From NCBI GenBank assembly GCA_030704615.1, contig CM060732.1:7874001-7938000 (forward strand): a stretch of 64,000 nt of DNA, given 5' to 3'. This document shows positions 38,944-53,519 of the stretch, in pieces. The position numbers were made by a program, and so were the translations under genes. Positions within the stretch are counted from its first letter, which is position 1. The number at the start of each line of letters is the position of its first letter. The DNA comes from Takakia lepidozioides (lineage: Eukaryota; Plantae; Bryophyta). Under the pieces are notes generated by a model. It ran no database searches and was not told the origin of the DNA. It was given only the letters and a program-made list of their open reading frames with translations.

Positions 38944-39942
38944 AGCCTCCTGTGGGATGCTCAGTTGCAGCAATTAGTGGAGCCCAATGCCGACGAGCGT
39001 GAGCGGACAATGGGTTTTCCCACTGGCCGTACCATGGCAGTGCCATCTCTTTCAGAGGCATCACGTCGTCAGGTGTTGGGGCAAACAATGGATCTCAATT
39101 GCTTGACATGAATCATCAGCTTGGCTATGGCTGAGCACCGCAGAGTGCGGAGTACACTTGAACCCTTGACGGTCTCTCTGCCTATTGAGACGGTATAGGC
39201 AACGAGTGGGGGCGAGCAGGTGAGGAGCACAAGGTGCAGACATCCATGGCACACGTGGGAGGTGCTCGAGGCTTAGCCTGGAGTTGGTAGCCAAGGCGGC
39301 GGTGATGGATGAGACTGGGGATTTTTCTCGGGTTGAGGAAGTCATCAAAGAAGGGATGATGGGGCATAATGAGGCCTTGTCACTGACAGAGCAGGCAGTG
39401 GTCACTGCTCAGGAGATTGCAGCATAGCATCCATGGGACGCGTCTCCTACCTCTAAGTCTGTTGGACTTAAGGTTGCAGTTACGGAGGACAACTGGGAGC
39501 CTGAAATTGGACCCATTGTTACCGCAGGAGAGAGACGACGTATACGGCGGTTTGTGAGGGCTTACAGGAATTGTTTTGCCTTCAGTTTGAACGACTTGGG
39601 AGCACTGAAGGGTCAGGAAATTCACATTGAGTTGGCCACTGACATGCCAATCTTTTGGAGACCCTGAGATACAGTGACATGGAGATGTCCTTGATTCAGA
39701 TGAGGACTCAGGACCTCTGGGAGGCTAGTTTGGTGGAGCTCTCTGGTGGAGAATATGCTTCAGCCACAGTGATGCCAGCCAAGAAGGATGTCTATGGCAA
39801 TTGGACGGAGAGACGTACGTGCGGTGATTACCGGCCTGTAAATCGTCAGACCAAGTCTGATAAGTATGCAATGCCACCACCAAAGGAGATCTTTGATGCC
39901 AGTGGGCATGCCAAAGTCTTTAGCACTTTGGATTTACGATCT
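38944..39942 (+). mobile_element. DNMT-gypsy fragment: methyltransferase motifs IX-X plus RT N-terminus
   Basis: LLWDAQLQQLVEPNADERERTMGFP...RRQVLGQTMD; GEYASATVMPAKKD...FSTLDLRS; colinear with 10005-10990. Confidence 0.92.
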
Positions 39943-42900
39943 AGAGACTCCCATTGTAGATGCGGAGGAACTCCTGTGGAATGTATCTAGGTCCCCACTG
40001 GACGATTCCCTTCCAGTGACTGCCGTCAATATGGACAGATTCATAGCAGACACTAAATCTATGGGAAGGATGGGGATCTTACTCCACTTCCCTGGGCGAC
40101 CTAGGGATAGAGAATGGGTCAGGGCTTGGATTATTGAATTTCTTGATAGTGAGGGGGGATTGAAGCAGCGGTTCTGCGAGCTGCAGAAGTATCTGAGGCC
40201 TCTGTCCCGACCTCCATCTCGACGTCTCAGGGGATCCAGGGCAACATATTACCAAGCCATTCCCCTCCGGCTTCCCCACTTTGGGTTCTGGTCATTAAGG
40301 AGGCCTCGGAGTCGTCCTCCCCCCCAGCTGCCGATGCCCCAGCTTCCAAGAGGTTGAAGACCCCGGTGAGTCAGCAGATTGATGCTCGTTCAGATACGGT
40401 TTCTCCCAAAGTGGCGCTACTTCCACGAGCAAGGGGCAGGGCCCCTCCTTCACCCCAAAAAGGGCCATTCATCCACTACCTTATCATCCCCATCAATCAA
40501 CAATCATGCCTCCAGATGTCTTCAACTCAGATCTTTCAGCGAGGTGCAGGTGTCTGCTCTGGCCTCAAATGCAAAACTTTCCAGCACCGGTGTTGCGGCT
40601 ATAAATATCACCCCTTTCTTATTTCGAGCTGTGGGCAATGGCAGATTCAAATATCTCTAATCAGGAGGGCCAACAAGCTTTGTGAGCTCTTGGGTCTCTA
40701 CCACGGATCAATCTAACTTTGGTGCGGAACATGAAGTCCAATTGGTTCTATCCAAGATTTCGGAAACTTTCTGCTCCTTCCTGCCTTACTGCTCCCTTTC
40801 TTTGGACTCCACCATCCATTTCTGTGATTTCTCGGAGGAATACAGTAATCTGCAGCCTTCTTCCACCACGATCTTTGTCATCTCGGTTATAGACTATGAC
40901 TCTCTCCTCATCAGTGTCCCCCCCAAACTAGAGGAGAGATCTGGATTGAAGATTTGGGTCATCTCAAAGGCACAATCTCCACATCTCATGTGCGATATAG
41001 TGTGCAAATTCAGATGGTTGGCATCAGGATGGTCAAGCCAATTGTGGCCCCTCTAGCTATGTTTGCCCCTGCACCAATTAGCCCTTGTGGAGATGATTTT
41101 AGCAGTCAAGCCCTGGCTCTTATTCAATCACCTGCTAATCTGGTCTCTCCATCGGCCACATTGGTAAGCTTAGCTTACTCTCCCCTTTCCTATGCACCGC
41201 TTTTCATTTTCTCGCTGGACCCACAAAATTCTAGAAGATGTTTTGTGCTGGTGCTTAATAACCTGCTAGGCAGACAGATGCTTCCGGCTCTACCTCTTCC
41301 TGAATCAGTGGATAAAACTTCAAATTCACCTTCTCTAGCATGGTTCCTAGGGCCGTTGGCTCCGTACTGTACCTGCAGTCTTGTCTTCCATTATAAGAAA
41401 CAATTCACGTCTCTTCAGGATCCTTCTACTCGTCGGGGCAACTTCTAGAGTGGGTTTCATTCAAGTCCTGAGTGGTTGTATGGATTGTCATCCTCTTTTC
41501 TCTTGGTTATCTATCCTACGTCCGAGCATGATCGTCGCACCTTTTTTGTTTATCTTCCTGAAAGGCCATCTTTTCCAGCCTTCGGCTCGGGCCTTCTTTG
41601 GAAACATCCCCCATGAATTTCTCGCTATTCTCTTGGAATATTATGGGGATAGGGTCGGCAGGCTCTGTTCCCAAGAGACAGAAGATAAAGAGATGGGTCT
41701 CTTCTCTGGGGTCTCCCCCGGCTGTTATCTTCTTGCAAGAACACAAGCTTTCCTTAAATAAAATTATGACCTTAGGTAGTCAAATCTGACCTTCCAGTTC
41801 TGCATGGTGGAATGAAACCATTGAAGAAACTAGAGGCGGTACTGCCATTCTAGTTTCCAACCCCTTGTTTCCATTCGTTTTGAATGTGCAGACCTGGCTT
41901 AGAGGCAAGTTGCAATGTCTCTTCTTCTCGCTTCCCAATGATGCAGGCACTTAAGGGATGGTTAACATATATGCTCCTAACCTCTCCGCTGACAGACTTC
42001 AATTCTGGAATCTCATCAGGCTAAAGATGATTGAGAACAAAGAAGTTGACAACAGGATCATGGAGGGGGACTTCAATATGGTGGAAAGACAGAATGGGCA
42101 CAAGTGAGCAGGTGTTGCCATTTTCTGAAAAATTGCAATGGGAGTCTCTATCCTTGCTTCATGGCCTCTCCGACGTTTTCGTTCCTTCTTCGCTTTCCGC
42201 TTCCTTTTCCTGGACTAATAACAGATCACTCCTGTCCCTGGGAATGGCGGCTGGACAAGTTTCAATGTTCAGCTTCTGTGGCATCCTGGGTTCGTCAACT
42301 CCCTACAGGCCTTATTTTGCCAGACTTTGATCATGCCTCCATTTCACTTTCTGTTTCCTCTAGCAACTACAGGCCAATTACCTTGTTGAACGTCTCGTTG
42401 CCAAAACCCTGGCCCTCTGCATTCAGCCTCCGCTTCCAACCCTATCCGAACAGGTCAGGCAGGATTTATAAAAGGTATATATATCCTTGACAACGTCTTG
42501 CTGGCCCAGGAAGCATCCATCTATGCTTCCAACTCAAATCAGGCCTTGGCACTATGGCTTCTAGATTTTGAAAAAGCATTTGATAGAGGGAACTTCCTCC
42601 TAGCGGTTCTCAGAAGGGTTGGCCTGCCTCTGGGATTTTGCCAATGGGTTCAGATTCTCCTTTTCAATTCAACCAGCAGGGTGGTGATCAATGGCCATGT
42701 TTCCAAGCCTTTTCAACTACAGAGGTCAGTAAGGCAAGGGTGCCCCTTGGCTCCCTTCCTTTTTCTTTTTGTTGCTGATGCCCTTGGGTATTTGCTGGAC
42801 AACAACCTGCTCGTCAAAGGTCTCAGGCTTCAAAATCCCAAATCCCAACTATGGGTACAAGTCAAAGACTCTATGTTGACGTTCTTGCTCTTGAAAGCTC

Positions 42901-45458
42901 ACCCGGCTACCCTTCGAGCAGCGGAAGACATCCTGCTCAGATTCTGCAGTATCTCTGGGTTCAAAGTTAATTGGTCAAAAACCAAAGCTCTTCTCATAGG
43001 AGATCGCTCCAAATCCAGTATTGGAATTGTTCCTACTTGGGGCTCTAGTCTGGGACTGGTTTGGCTCAAAGATGGTGAGACCACTACTTTATTAGGCCAC
43101 ACCTTTGGGAACAACATAACAGATGAACAGAGAATGGAACCTACGATTTCCAGGCTTAAGCGCTAGCTGGTTCACTGGGGCTCCAAGTTCCTTTCTATCA
43201 CTGGCAAAGCCCTAGTTGCAAATCAGATTCTGCAGGCTGGGATTTGGTACTTTGCCTCCATTTGGGGGCCCAATTCCAGGATTGTTCAAGAGGTCAAACG
43301 CTGTATCCGCAACTTCATCTAGGGAGCTCACTCATTCTCGCAAAAAAAGGCCACAAGTATCTTGGCATCAAATCTGTCAGCCTAAAAAGCAAGGTGGTCT
43401 GGGAGTTCTGGACCCAGGTACTCAAATCCAGGCCCTGCTCAGAAAATGGATACCGCGCTTCGTGGGGCCCGAGGGGGGCTGGTGGAAACTCTTTGATTAC
43501 CGCAAACATTTCCAACAGCTCCTCCCTTCACTCAACAATATGGGCCCCATCCCTCCGATGGATTGCTCAAGGGTTCAACCATAAAGCAGTAGGTTCTCCT
43601 CTCTGGAACTCCATTTGGAGAGCTTGGAATAAGTTCAGGCCTTTCCTAATTAAACAGGCGCCTACCACATTTCATGAAACCCTCAGACAACACCTGTTTC
43701 TTAATTCAGCTCATCCATCCCCGGAAGAAAAAAGTCAAGCCAAACGGTGGGCGGCTTGGGAGTCCAGAGGAATAGGTCAGCTTCAAGACCTTTGGTTCAA
43801 CTCCCCTCAATCTCTTCAGGCAGCATTGGGCTCTCGCAGACTGACATCAGGGATTGAGGTGGTGCTTCAATCAGTCCCGAACCCTTGGAGAATCCTTCTT
43901 GGAGCTGGGAGCCTTCCAGTTAGGCCAACACAATGGGTTACTTTCCAGGGTAGAGAGTTCCACATATTCTACATCACTGCTGTCCAGAACGCCTTACTCA
44001 AAGGGTTTAGCTTTGTGGCTGACCCCTTCTCAGGTTTACTGTCCCTTTCTAGCCCTCTCGAAAACTCTTACCCCAGCTGCTCAAGCTAGACCAGCACAAA
44101 TATGCCACTGGTCCTCTGCTAACAAAGACTTCAACCCTCTTCATCCTAGTTACAGCTTGGGTGTCTTAAGAGAGATTTGCCTGGATTGGAGGGCAGGAGT
44201 TGCAAAATCTGCAGCTGGATCCTACAGAGTGGCTTTGGAAATTTTTCTCTACCCCTCAGCCATTCTTTTCATACACTGGCAAAAAAGGCTTACATGGCAC
44301 TTAACAGAGCCCCTCATCTCTACACTAAATGGAATGCTAGATGGGGGCATGCCAACTTTGTGCTGGAAAATTGGAACTGCATCTGGAAACTGATCTGGGA
44401 CAAATATTCTAAACCTTCCAAGCTAAGTGCCTTCCTCTGGCAGATCGCCAACCGTGTGTTGAAGGTGGGCCAATTCTTGGGTTTTGAAGAGGCTATCTTA
44501 TGCAGATGTTGCTCTATATGTACCATCGAGAGTTTGGAACACTGCTTGCTTTTCTGTCTTGCCCCTATGGTTGTCTGGCATTTAGTTTTGGCATTCTACC
44601 AACCCTGGGGACCGCCCCCTTTGGGTACAATAGCTCTGCTCCTCAATTACAACCAGAATATCAAAACCACAGCATGCGATTGTCTTGTTTTTGAAACCCT
44701 AAGAACAGCCACCCTATGGCACTTATGGAAAGCCAGATGCAAATGGACTTCGGATTCACATAATACCTCTGTCTCAGCCATTCTGACTTATGTTTTCTTT
44801 GACCTCACCATTGCTGCCAAAATTGCATGGGCCAAATTGTCTGCCGAAATTGCCAAGAAGCCTCAGCGCAGTTATGCTCCCACCGCCATGTTCCAGGCTA
44901 CCTGGGGAAGAGATGGACTCATTTGCGAGTGCTCTGATGCAAGCTCATGCCAATGGCCTCTAGGAATTCCAGCAGCTTGGCAATATCATTGGGCCCTCAT
45001 CTTCGGCATCCCCGGAATTTGACAAAAGCGATATCAACTGGAAACATGTCAAAATTGCTTCTCGTGCTCGTTTGCAGTTTCATAGATAGGTTGTTCGGAG
45101 GCATTCCCTACATTAAGGTAGTTGGCTCTTCGTGCTACTGTACGATCTGCTTCTCACCCTGGTAGGGTATCTCTTCATCTCTAGAACCGATCGGTCTGGG
45201 TCTCACTTTGGGGATTATATCCCTGTACAGGTCTAGGGTTGCTACCCACTCTCGTTTGGAGCTTTTGCTCTGGCCTCTCCGTGGGCATCTCATCACTGTT
45301 CGTTGGGAATCTCCCTCACGTTTATCGTGTGATAGGCCTCATGGCAGCCTTCGGGCATGTAAGGGTTTTAATTTTTTTTTCCCTTCAATAATTCTCAATA
45401 AAATAAATAAGGGCCCCACCCCTTTCAAAAAAATAAAAATAAAAATAAATAAATAAAT
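39943..45458 (+). mobile_element. L1-like LINE (ORF1 remnant; ORF2 endonuclease-RT-zf-RVT, degenerate)
   Basis: FSWNIMG (~41613), FLQEHK, GDFN, YRPITLLN, LDFEKAFD, VRQGCPLAP, GGLGV, ESLEHC...C; A-rich tail 45427-45458. Confidence 0.9.
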
Positions 45459-46077
45459 GCAGGGGTGCGATCTGACATTAGTTTTGCTGGATTCAGGCAA
45501 CAACATCGGCTTCTTGAGATTTCTTAAGGAAAAAAAACTATGAATCAACCTACTTATCCTCCTATGTTGCCCCGGTCACGGCAGTTAGATAGGTGTTAAT
45601 CATCCAAACGGAAAGCAGTAGCCTTTTAGGGTGACACCATAAATCCAATTTCAGGGCAGTAAGCCTTCTCGGGTGGAAGATACACCATAATTTACAATTG
45701 CTTCCGCAGCAGTCCATCTTGTTTTTGTTGTTGTTGCTTTCTAATCCATGCGAGGTAAAATGGTAGAGATGAGGAGTGATGGTTTGCAACAGCCCTGGAA
45801 TGTGCTTAGGCAAGAGTTTTTTTTTTCCTTTTTTCCCTCTTATATGGTTCAATATCTCTCTATATTCTAAATTTTAAATAAAACAATACAACAGATCTTA
45901 GAAAAAGTAGATTTTAAATAAAGTTTAAATAAAATATATATTATTAATCTAAATCTCGAAACATATTTAATCAATTAATGGTACTGTTTTTATTATAGAG
46001 AAAAAAGACTCCGGCTAGAGCTAACGTAATTATTAAGAGCCATTTCATTTTATGGCTACTACTCCCTGTCAAGGATG

Positions 46078-49000
46078 TTTTTTTAAATAATAATAATAAT
46101 AATAATTGAAAGGGGAGGAGCCCTGAATTTGGAATTAAGATCGAGGAAAAAATAACCTCGTAAAGGGCCATAAGACCGAACAATCGGGGGGAACCTCCCA
46201 GAGCACCACTATGGGTAGCAAAGACCCAGTCATGGTCTACTGATAAGAACAGCTGCTAAAAACCAGACATAGAAACACACCGCCGGGGCATAAATCTAAG
46301 AGAAAACTGCAATCTATGCCATCAGGCTAAAGGCAAACCTGCACTAGAACGAAGATCTCCCAGAGCACCCCACAGGGTAGCAAATAAACCAGACAAGGTT
46401 CACTGAAAATAACAGCTGAGCTGAGAACCTGTCTATGAAACAACCGCCAGGGCATAAATGTAAGAGAGTTATGCCATCTATACCAGCTAGCTAAGAGCGA
46501 ACCTGCAATAGAACCAGAACAAAGGAAATGAAAGTTGAGAAAGAGACAGAGGTCACAGGCCTAACGTCTGGATCTGAGAGGCTAAAAATTAAGATGGGCA
46601 TTAATCTTCGAATTTTTGTTTTTCCTGTGCTTCCAGTTAATGTCATCTTCGTAGTCACATGGCAAGGGCCAGGGACTAGAGGGGCCACCAACGATCGGGG
46701 ATTGTAGGGTAGAAGGAGCAACCATCCCCAATTCTTATGCATATGATGTCTCTCCAACCCCACGAGGAGTCGAATTCTTGAAGTAGCTGAAGATGTCTTC
46801 AAAACATCTGCAAAGAGCTGCAAGCACCCTCCCCCACGCCTTTTTCGCCTCAACCCAGAGATAAAAAAAAATCTTCCTAAGCACCGCTTTCAGGCAGCCA
46901 TTGTACCAATTGGCACATTGAGCTTTCCATATGTGCATAAATCAAGGGAGCGAATGGAAGACCAAACCTGGCATTTATGCCAAATGGTCGTACCCTGCAA
47001 ATTCAGCAAATGAATAGAGATAGAGGAAGAATTAATTACTTTCCAAGGAGCATAGAAAGCTCTAACTCTGGACCAGGCAGTGGCAGCAAATTGACAATGA
47101 AATAGACCATGCTCCAATGTTTTAGAGTCGTTAGCTAAATACATTTTGCAGCAAAGAGGGGGGTCTGAAATGTAGGCCCCAAAAGGAAGTATCCTATGTG
47201 TCAGTCTCCAAAGGAAGCCCGAAGCCTTTGCAGAGCGGTGTTTAAGCCAAACATCCTTCCAGACTGCTGCCAGTCCGTGCCTGCAACCAAGACACCCATC
47301 CATTTCCTATCCCATTTGCGAGTTAATGGTCTAGATGGATGCAGCAGAGAATAGCCCACCTTGGCATGGTAAGCAAAGAACGTGTCTTTCTTCTTGGAAA
47401 GCCACTTCCATTCACCAGGGTCAAAAGGAAGATCTGCCAAGGGTTTTCTCTCAAACCAGATAAGGCTAACCTTTGTCAGCCAATCCTCCCATCCTTCCAA
47501 GGGGGGCTTAGGATCCATGGGGCAAGTGAAAACATCAACCACCCTGATTCGAAACAAATGGGAACCTGGCACTTGAACGCACAATGGCAAAGGGGAGAGC
47601 TTTGAAACCAATACCTCTGCAACAACCCTGAGTATCCGAGAAAACATAGATGGCTTGACAGGTGGAATAGAGCTTACAACCGTGCCAAGATGCAGACACG
47701 GTGGCAGGTTGGAGCATGAGGGTAGTCCAAGAGAGAGACATCTCCGCAAGGATGGTTGAGCCTTAGGAGCGAGCTCTTGAGAGCGCCCTCCAGAGGAATG
47801 AAGTGTTCCTGGGGAAGCAGGCCCTGCACTTCCTATGACCAGAGATTGGCAAACGAGGAAATACCTGCATGTTCCCAATGAGCCCAACGGGCTTTGCAGG
47901 TCACCAGCACCTCACTATCGGCATTGTAACTGCCAAATAAGGGTTGTCTCAGCAGTTCATCCTTGTTAGAAGGGGTAGACTGAAAGAGGAAGCCTCTACT
48001 TGTTTATGCCACGCTTTCCAAATGGCACACCAGGCTGCCGAGCCACCAAATGCTTTGGTATTAGACTTACCACCCTGCATAAGCCATATTCGTAAGGAAG
48101 GACACCAAAGATTAGAAGAGGAAGGTAAGGATGAGGAAGTGCATTCGCGAAGGAGCCATGACCATGGGGCATGTGGGTTTAGCATGGCACGGGGCAGCCA
48201 CTTGGCAAGGAGGGCCGTGACTAGTGCTTCAAAGTCCACAATCCCCAGTCCACCATGTTTTTCGGACATACAGATCTGGTCCCAAGACAAAAGGGCTCTC
48301 CGATTTTGACCCACCAAAGAAGCACCCCAAATGAAATTTTTGACCAACTGCCTAATATGTTTACATAGAGCATCACTTGGATCCCAGACTGAAGCTATGA
48401 ACCAGGTAGAAGCAGAGAGAATTTGGTTGGCTATAAGAGCTCTGCCCGTTATAGAAAGCCTAGCTGAGCACCAATAGGCCAGCTTAGATTTAAGCTTTGT
48501 TATCGCCGGGAGAAAATGTTGTTGTATAGATAGGCTTGTACCTACCTGATGTCCCAGTAGAGTGCCAGTCCCTGAGCCAACGGATGCCCAATTCCGTACC
48601 CCAGCAAGGGTTGTGGGGGGGCGGAGGAAGGAGAAAGACGAGATTTCAAACCCACAATTTTCCCCCAATTAATGGAGAAGCCAGAGGCGGAGCAAAAATT
48701 CTCAATACTCTTGAGAGCAGCCTGAATAGGGGCCATGGAGTCATTTTGGAGGAAGAGAGTAGAGTTATCTGCATACATCGAAGATTTGAGATGCCCAACT
48801 TGGCCAATATGAATACCCTTGATCAGGGGGTTAATGTTGTTGTCCAACAAATAACCCAAGCTATCAGCGGCAATAACAAAAAGAAAAGGGGACAAGGGGC
48901 AGCCTTGTCTCACCGATCTCATGAGCTCTAGGGAATTTTTTCGGATAGAACACCATTAGCGATCACTCTACTGGAAGCAGATGTAAGAAGAATTTTTTGT

Positions 49001-50678
49001 CCAGGCAATGAAAGTTCCTCCAAACCCCATTTTTTCAAGGATTTGGAAGAGAATGGGCCATTGAATCTTATCAAATGCCTTTTCAAAGTCTAACATTAGA
49101 AGGGCCAGGGGATGGTCCGAACTTTCTGCCAGTCTGAGGGATTTGTAGAAGAGAACCAGATTATCGAGGATCATACATCCCTTGATAAAGCCTGTTTGCT
49201 CTGGCTTTATCAAAGAGGGCAACAAGGGTTGAAGGCATAAGGCAAGGGCCTTGGCTATAATTTTGTAGGTGGAGTTCAGGAGCGTAATTGGGCGATAGTT
49301 GGAGATGACATTCCTATCCCCCTTCTTGAAGATAAGGGTAATAATTCCTTCATAGATCTGTGAAGGTATTATTCCCTTATCCATAATGTCATTGGCCATA
49401 AGGCAAAAATCCTCACTGACTATTTCCCACATAGAGCCAAAGAATTCCACAGGGATACCATCGGGGCCCGGTGCCTTTTCCTTTCCCAAAAGTTCCATTG
49501 CTTGGGTGAGCTCAGTGTGTGTAAGCCTAGCATCAAGCCTGGTTGCTTCATCTCTGGAAACTTTAGAAGGGGCACAATTAATCACCAGTTATCTATCTTG
49601 GAGTTCAAGAGGAGAAGGGGGAAGAGCAGCGAAGACAGAGGAGAAATTATGAGAGGCTTCCTTGGCAATCAGCCGAGGGGAGGAAGTCATCAAACCGACA
49701 TGGCATAGGATTGAGGGGATGGTTTGGCCAGCCCTTCTTTGCTTTGCCTTGACAAAAAATTATCTATCCATTTTTTCCCCGAGACCAGCTTATTCTGAAT
49801 GGATGCACATGGATTCAGATTTGAAATTGAGAAGAGTTCTAAGATTACAGTTCGCTTTATGCAAGGAATGTTCCATGAAGGGATCTAGGAAGCCAGCCTC
49901 CAACTTCTTCTGGCATACCAGAATACACTTAGTAAGACATGCTTCATTTTGTTTTCGCTGTAAGGCCAAATCTCTAGAGAGGGTTTGGCTAAGCTTTCTA
50001 CACACCTGTAGTTTTTTAAGGAAACAAAGAGTGGGGGAAGAAACATCTATTGCAGGAAGACCATGCAGATCTGAGAGCTTCTAAGCAAATTTAGGGAACT
50101 TTTAATAAGGAGCTATTCAGCTTAAAGTAAGAGCGACCCTTGATTCTACTGCAGAATTGGACACGACCTGGCTCCCAGATCTCATCTTTGAGGAGGTACT
50201 GATTAAGAGAGGGGGAAGGAGGATAGCCATCCCACCTTTTGTTCCTTCAGAGGATTGGCTTCCAGAGGGCAGAGGAGAGGGACCATAATTGATCCGAAAT
50301 GGAGGCTATTTTGTGTTGATTTCTTGAAGGAAGACAATGGAGGCTGATTGTTGGAGGGGTGCTAGCCAGGCTCTAAGTTTTGTTTTTAGAGTGCTCCGAG
50401 CCTATGCCCCTGATGTTCCATGAGGAGAGGTTAATCTCCATCTGGGGCTGGCGGTACGCCGAGCGGGTTAGACTCAAATGGTGATCTGGGGAAGTGAAAA
50501 CGAAACCTAGTTCTTTTGCCCGAGGGGAGGTAGGATGGGGTCCAGCAGTGTTGAAGAGGGGCTCGAAGGACTGGTCTCTTGAGTTCTCTGATCAAGACCA
50601 TTGTATCGGAAAGGGGGTTTGGACTTGCTTGAGGCTGGGGGAGTGGTTGAAATCTGGAAATATGGAGCTTTTTGGCAT
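46078..50678 (-). mobile_element. Second L1-like LINE, tail-to-tail with the first
   Basis: MEINLSSWNIRG at 50441; KAPGPDG, YRPITLLN, LDFEKAFD, VRQGCPLSP, MYADN, GGLGI, LEHGLFHC; (TTA)n/A tail near 46080. Confidence 0.9.
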
Positions 50679-51306
50679 GGGTCCATTATCCCGGAATGCA
50701 TGAGACCTTGGAAAGATGAGCAGTGTAGGTAGTGCTGCTCGTGGTTGACCCATCCTGTTGACCACTGCCAAAGGCGAACGGTCATCGTGTCTCACACGTT
50801 GAGACTGCCTCTCTGTGTCCAAAATGTTATCCACTGTCAGGTGTGTTGGCTGTTGCACCCCATCATATGCACGCTTGAGTAGTGCGGGTGGCATCAAGTT
50901 AGTCCACCACAACCATGGACGATGAGCCCGTGACCCCACTACAGCTGCATCTAGCAACACTGATGACCCAAGCCAAGACCGAACTTGATGCACACTGGCC
51001 ATCACCCTGGCCCGAGAATCGCCTATCAGTGGCACATTCTCCAAGATGTATGCCGGAGAGCCTGTTTGCTGAAGCTGTAAATATCAAAGGGTCCTTAACA
51101 TCTCCCAAAACAGACTCTACCTTGAGTCTTGCAATCCATTGCCATGCCCGGCCAATGAATGCCCTTGGCAGGGCCAACCTGCCACTACCAAATGAATAGA
51201 GCCAACCCGCTCCAAATCTTGAGCCCCCAGCAAGGAAATGTCTGCTGGCAATGCCTGTTGGTATCCACAAACTGCACATACGGGTAACACTGAACTCGTA
51301 CACCTG

Positions 51307-52591
51307 CACTACTACGTTTGGGGGGGTTAGCGATGCCCCAACGACCTCCAACCACTGCGATTAGCGACGGAAATACTCTACGACGCCCGGGGCGCGCCGG
51401 GGGCATTTTTGCGACGTTGGGAAGTCGTAGGGATGTTGCTCCCAGAACATCGCTAATTAGCGTCGTCGGGGAATCGCAAACCCCCGGGACCCCACGGCCG
51501 CGGCGCCGACGCGACTTGTGACGTCCGGGCATCGCAAAAAATAAATATAAAAATAAAATAAAAAATCTGCGACGTCGCATTAGGGACGTCCGGGGGTCGT
51601 AAATGCGACCCCCAAACGTCACAGTAGGGGGGGTACATTTGAATTTAGGTGAGAAAATTTGAATTTGAATTTTGAATTTTGAATTTCAAAAACTAGTTGA
51701 CCATTGACTCGGCGTTGACCATTGACTCCGGTTTTGTCCAATGGCAATTCATGCATTGTTCTACGTATATTAGGCAATGCATATTTGAACCTATGACCTC
51801 CACATTATAACATTTCTAAGACACTGCATACTAACCAACAAATCTACAATACATTTATGTATCACAAAAGCAGTCCAAGTATATATATACATATCAAGAG
51901 TTAGCTCCTAGTGACTACCACTATCTCAATCTTATCATTGTGTTGCAAATTATGCTTATTCTACAGGAGCTCTCACAGCTAGAACTTGCACCGAGACTTG
52001 TCCCCAGAGTTCTTCAAGAACAAATATCTATCAATGGCCTAAGTTTTGCAAAGCTGGATTGCAACTTATTGTTGGAATGGCTGTAGTCTGAGGATGCCAA
52101 GCCCATTATGCTCTACAATCTACTCCCAGAATCAATTTTCTGCGACGCCCCCAAGACGTCGGAGAATCGTAACGTCGCAGCCCCATCGATGCATTTGCGA
52201 CGGCCGGGCGCTCCCGCGACGGCGGGGAATCGCAAATAATAATAATAATAATAATAATAATAATTTATTTATTTATTTATTTTTATTTTTTTCTTCCGAG
52301 CATTGCGATTTCCCGCCGTCGTAGGAGCGCCCGGCCGTCGCAAAAGCGTCGTTGGGCTGCGGCGCTGTGACGCCTCGTTGCAATTCCCTAGCGTCGCAAC
52401 CCCCCAGTGCATTGGCGAGGGAATGAGGTCAGGCCCATTTCCGGCGACGGCATGGCATGGTAAGATGTCACAACGTCGTCCGAGCGCCGGCGTTGCGACG
52501 TCCTGACGTCGCAAGTCCCGGGCCGGGCGCATGTGCGATGTTGCAATCGCAGGGGTCCTGACGTCGCTAACCCCCCATAAACGTAGTAGTG
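51307..52591. mobile_element. Non-autonomous CACTA element inside the DNMT domain
   Basis: TIR CACTACTACGTTT...AAACGTAGTAGTG; 3-bp TSD CTG; GCGAC subterminal repeats. Confidence 0.95.
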
Positions 52592-53170
52592 CTGCTTGTA
52601 ACACTACATGCAATCCAGTGTTGATTCCGCCAAACAAGTCCAGAAGGCAAATGCCTTCATCCGGATACTGCCATACAATAGGTGTGGTGTCCAATGGCGA
52701 CAACTGAGGTCGTCATGGTGCAACCACTACACTCTCCTCCTCTCCTGATGGTCCAAAAACCTCTACCCAGGCTTGTTGCACCTGTCGATCCGCAACTTGC
52801 TGCAAATCCTTGCTCATGCCCCACAATGGAGTGTGAACAACCATGGCAAGCAACTCCGCCATACCATGCATGTCATCCTGTTCTGCTGGAGGTGGCACAT
52901 CATCTACATTGGCATTGTCCTCTAACAGCTCTCCAGGCCAACTCACTGCAGCTGTGAATGTTGTTAGTGTCGGTATCTTGCCCCGCTGGGCAGCAGCAAC
53001 ACCCCCAATGAATGTAACAGGGAGCTGCACACGCCGACCTTCCCCTGACTGCCATCCAAGCCTATAGGAGGTTGACTCCTCCCAAAAATCCAAGGTAAAG
53101 CCCATGGGGTACACCACTGCCCCACCAACCAGGACATCGTAAGAGACCGCGTCTGTCACAATGGCCTTGG

Positions 53171-53519
53171 TGATTCAGAGAAACGTGTGGTTTCTGAACC
53201 TATCGAGATGATGAAAGAATTTCGCTATTTTGATTTCGCTAGTCCTTGGGAACAAAAGTCGCGTAGTGAGTGACAAATCGAATGGAAAGTAAGCAAAAAA
53301 TGCTTACAGCCATATCGAGAATATGCAAATCCGTAGTAATTGCATGCTTGGCTCAATTCTGCGGCAAGCTGAATAATCCGCTTTGCCTGTTCGAACCAAC
53401 CTCGGTCTTTCCAAGCCAAAACAGTGGGAGTGTTGACCCTTCGTGAAAATGCTGCGCTCGGGTGATGGGGGTTCGAGAGAAGAAAGTGGGCCTCCGTTAC
53501 TTCATTGGCTTAATGAAGT
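53171..53519. other. 349-bp insertion without TSD in copy-3 protease region
   Basis: Flanks rejoin to match copy 2 (GTGATGC-AG|CCAAGGCC); terminal hairpin 53499-53519. Confidence 0.7.

Noticed and set aside
53440-53480. tRNA/SINE B-box (GGTTCGA)
   Set aside because: No cloverleaf, A-box, tail or TSD.
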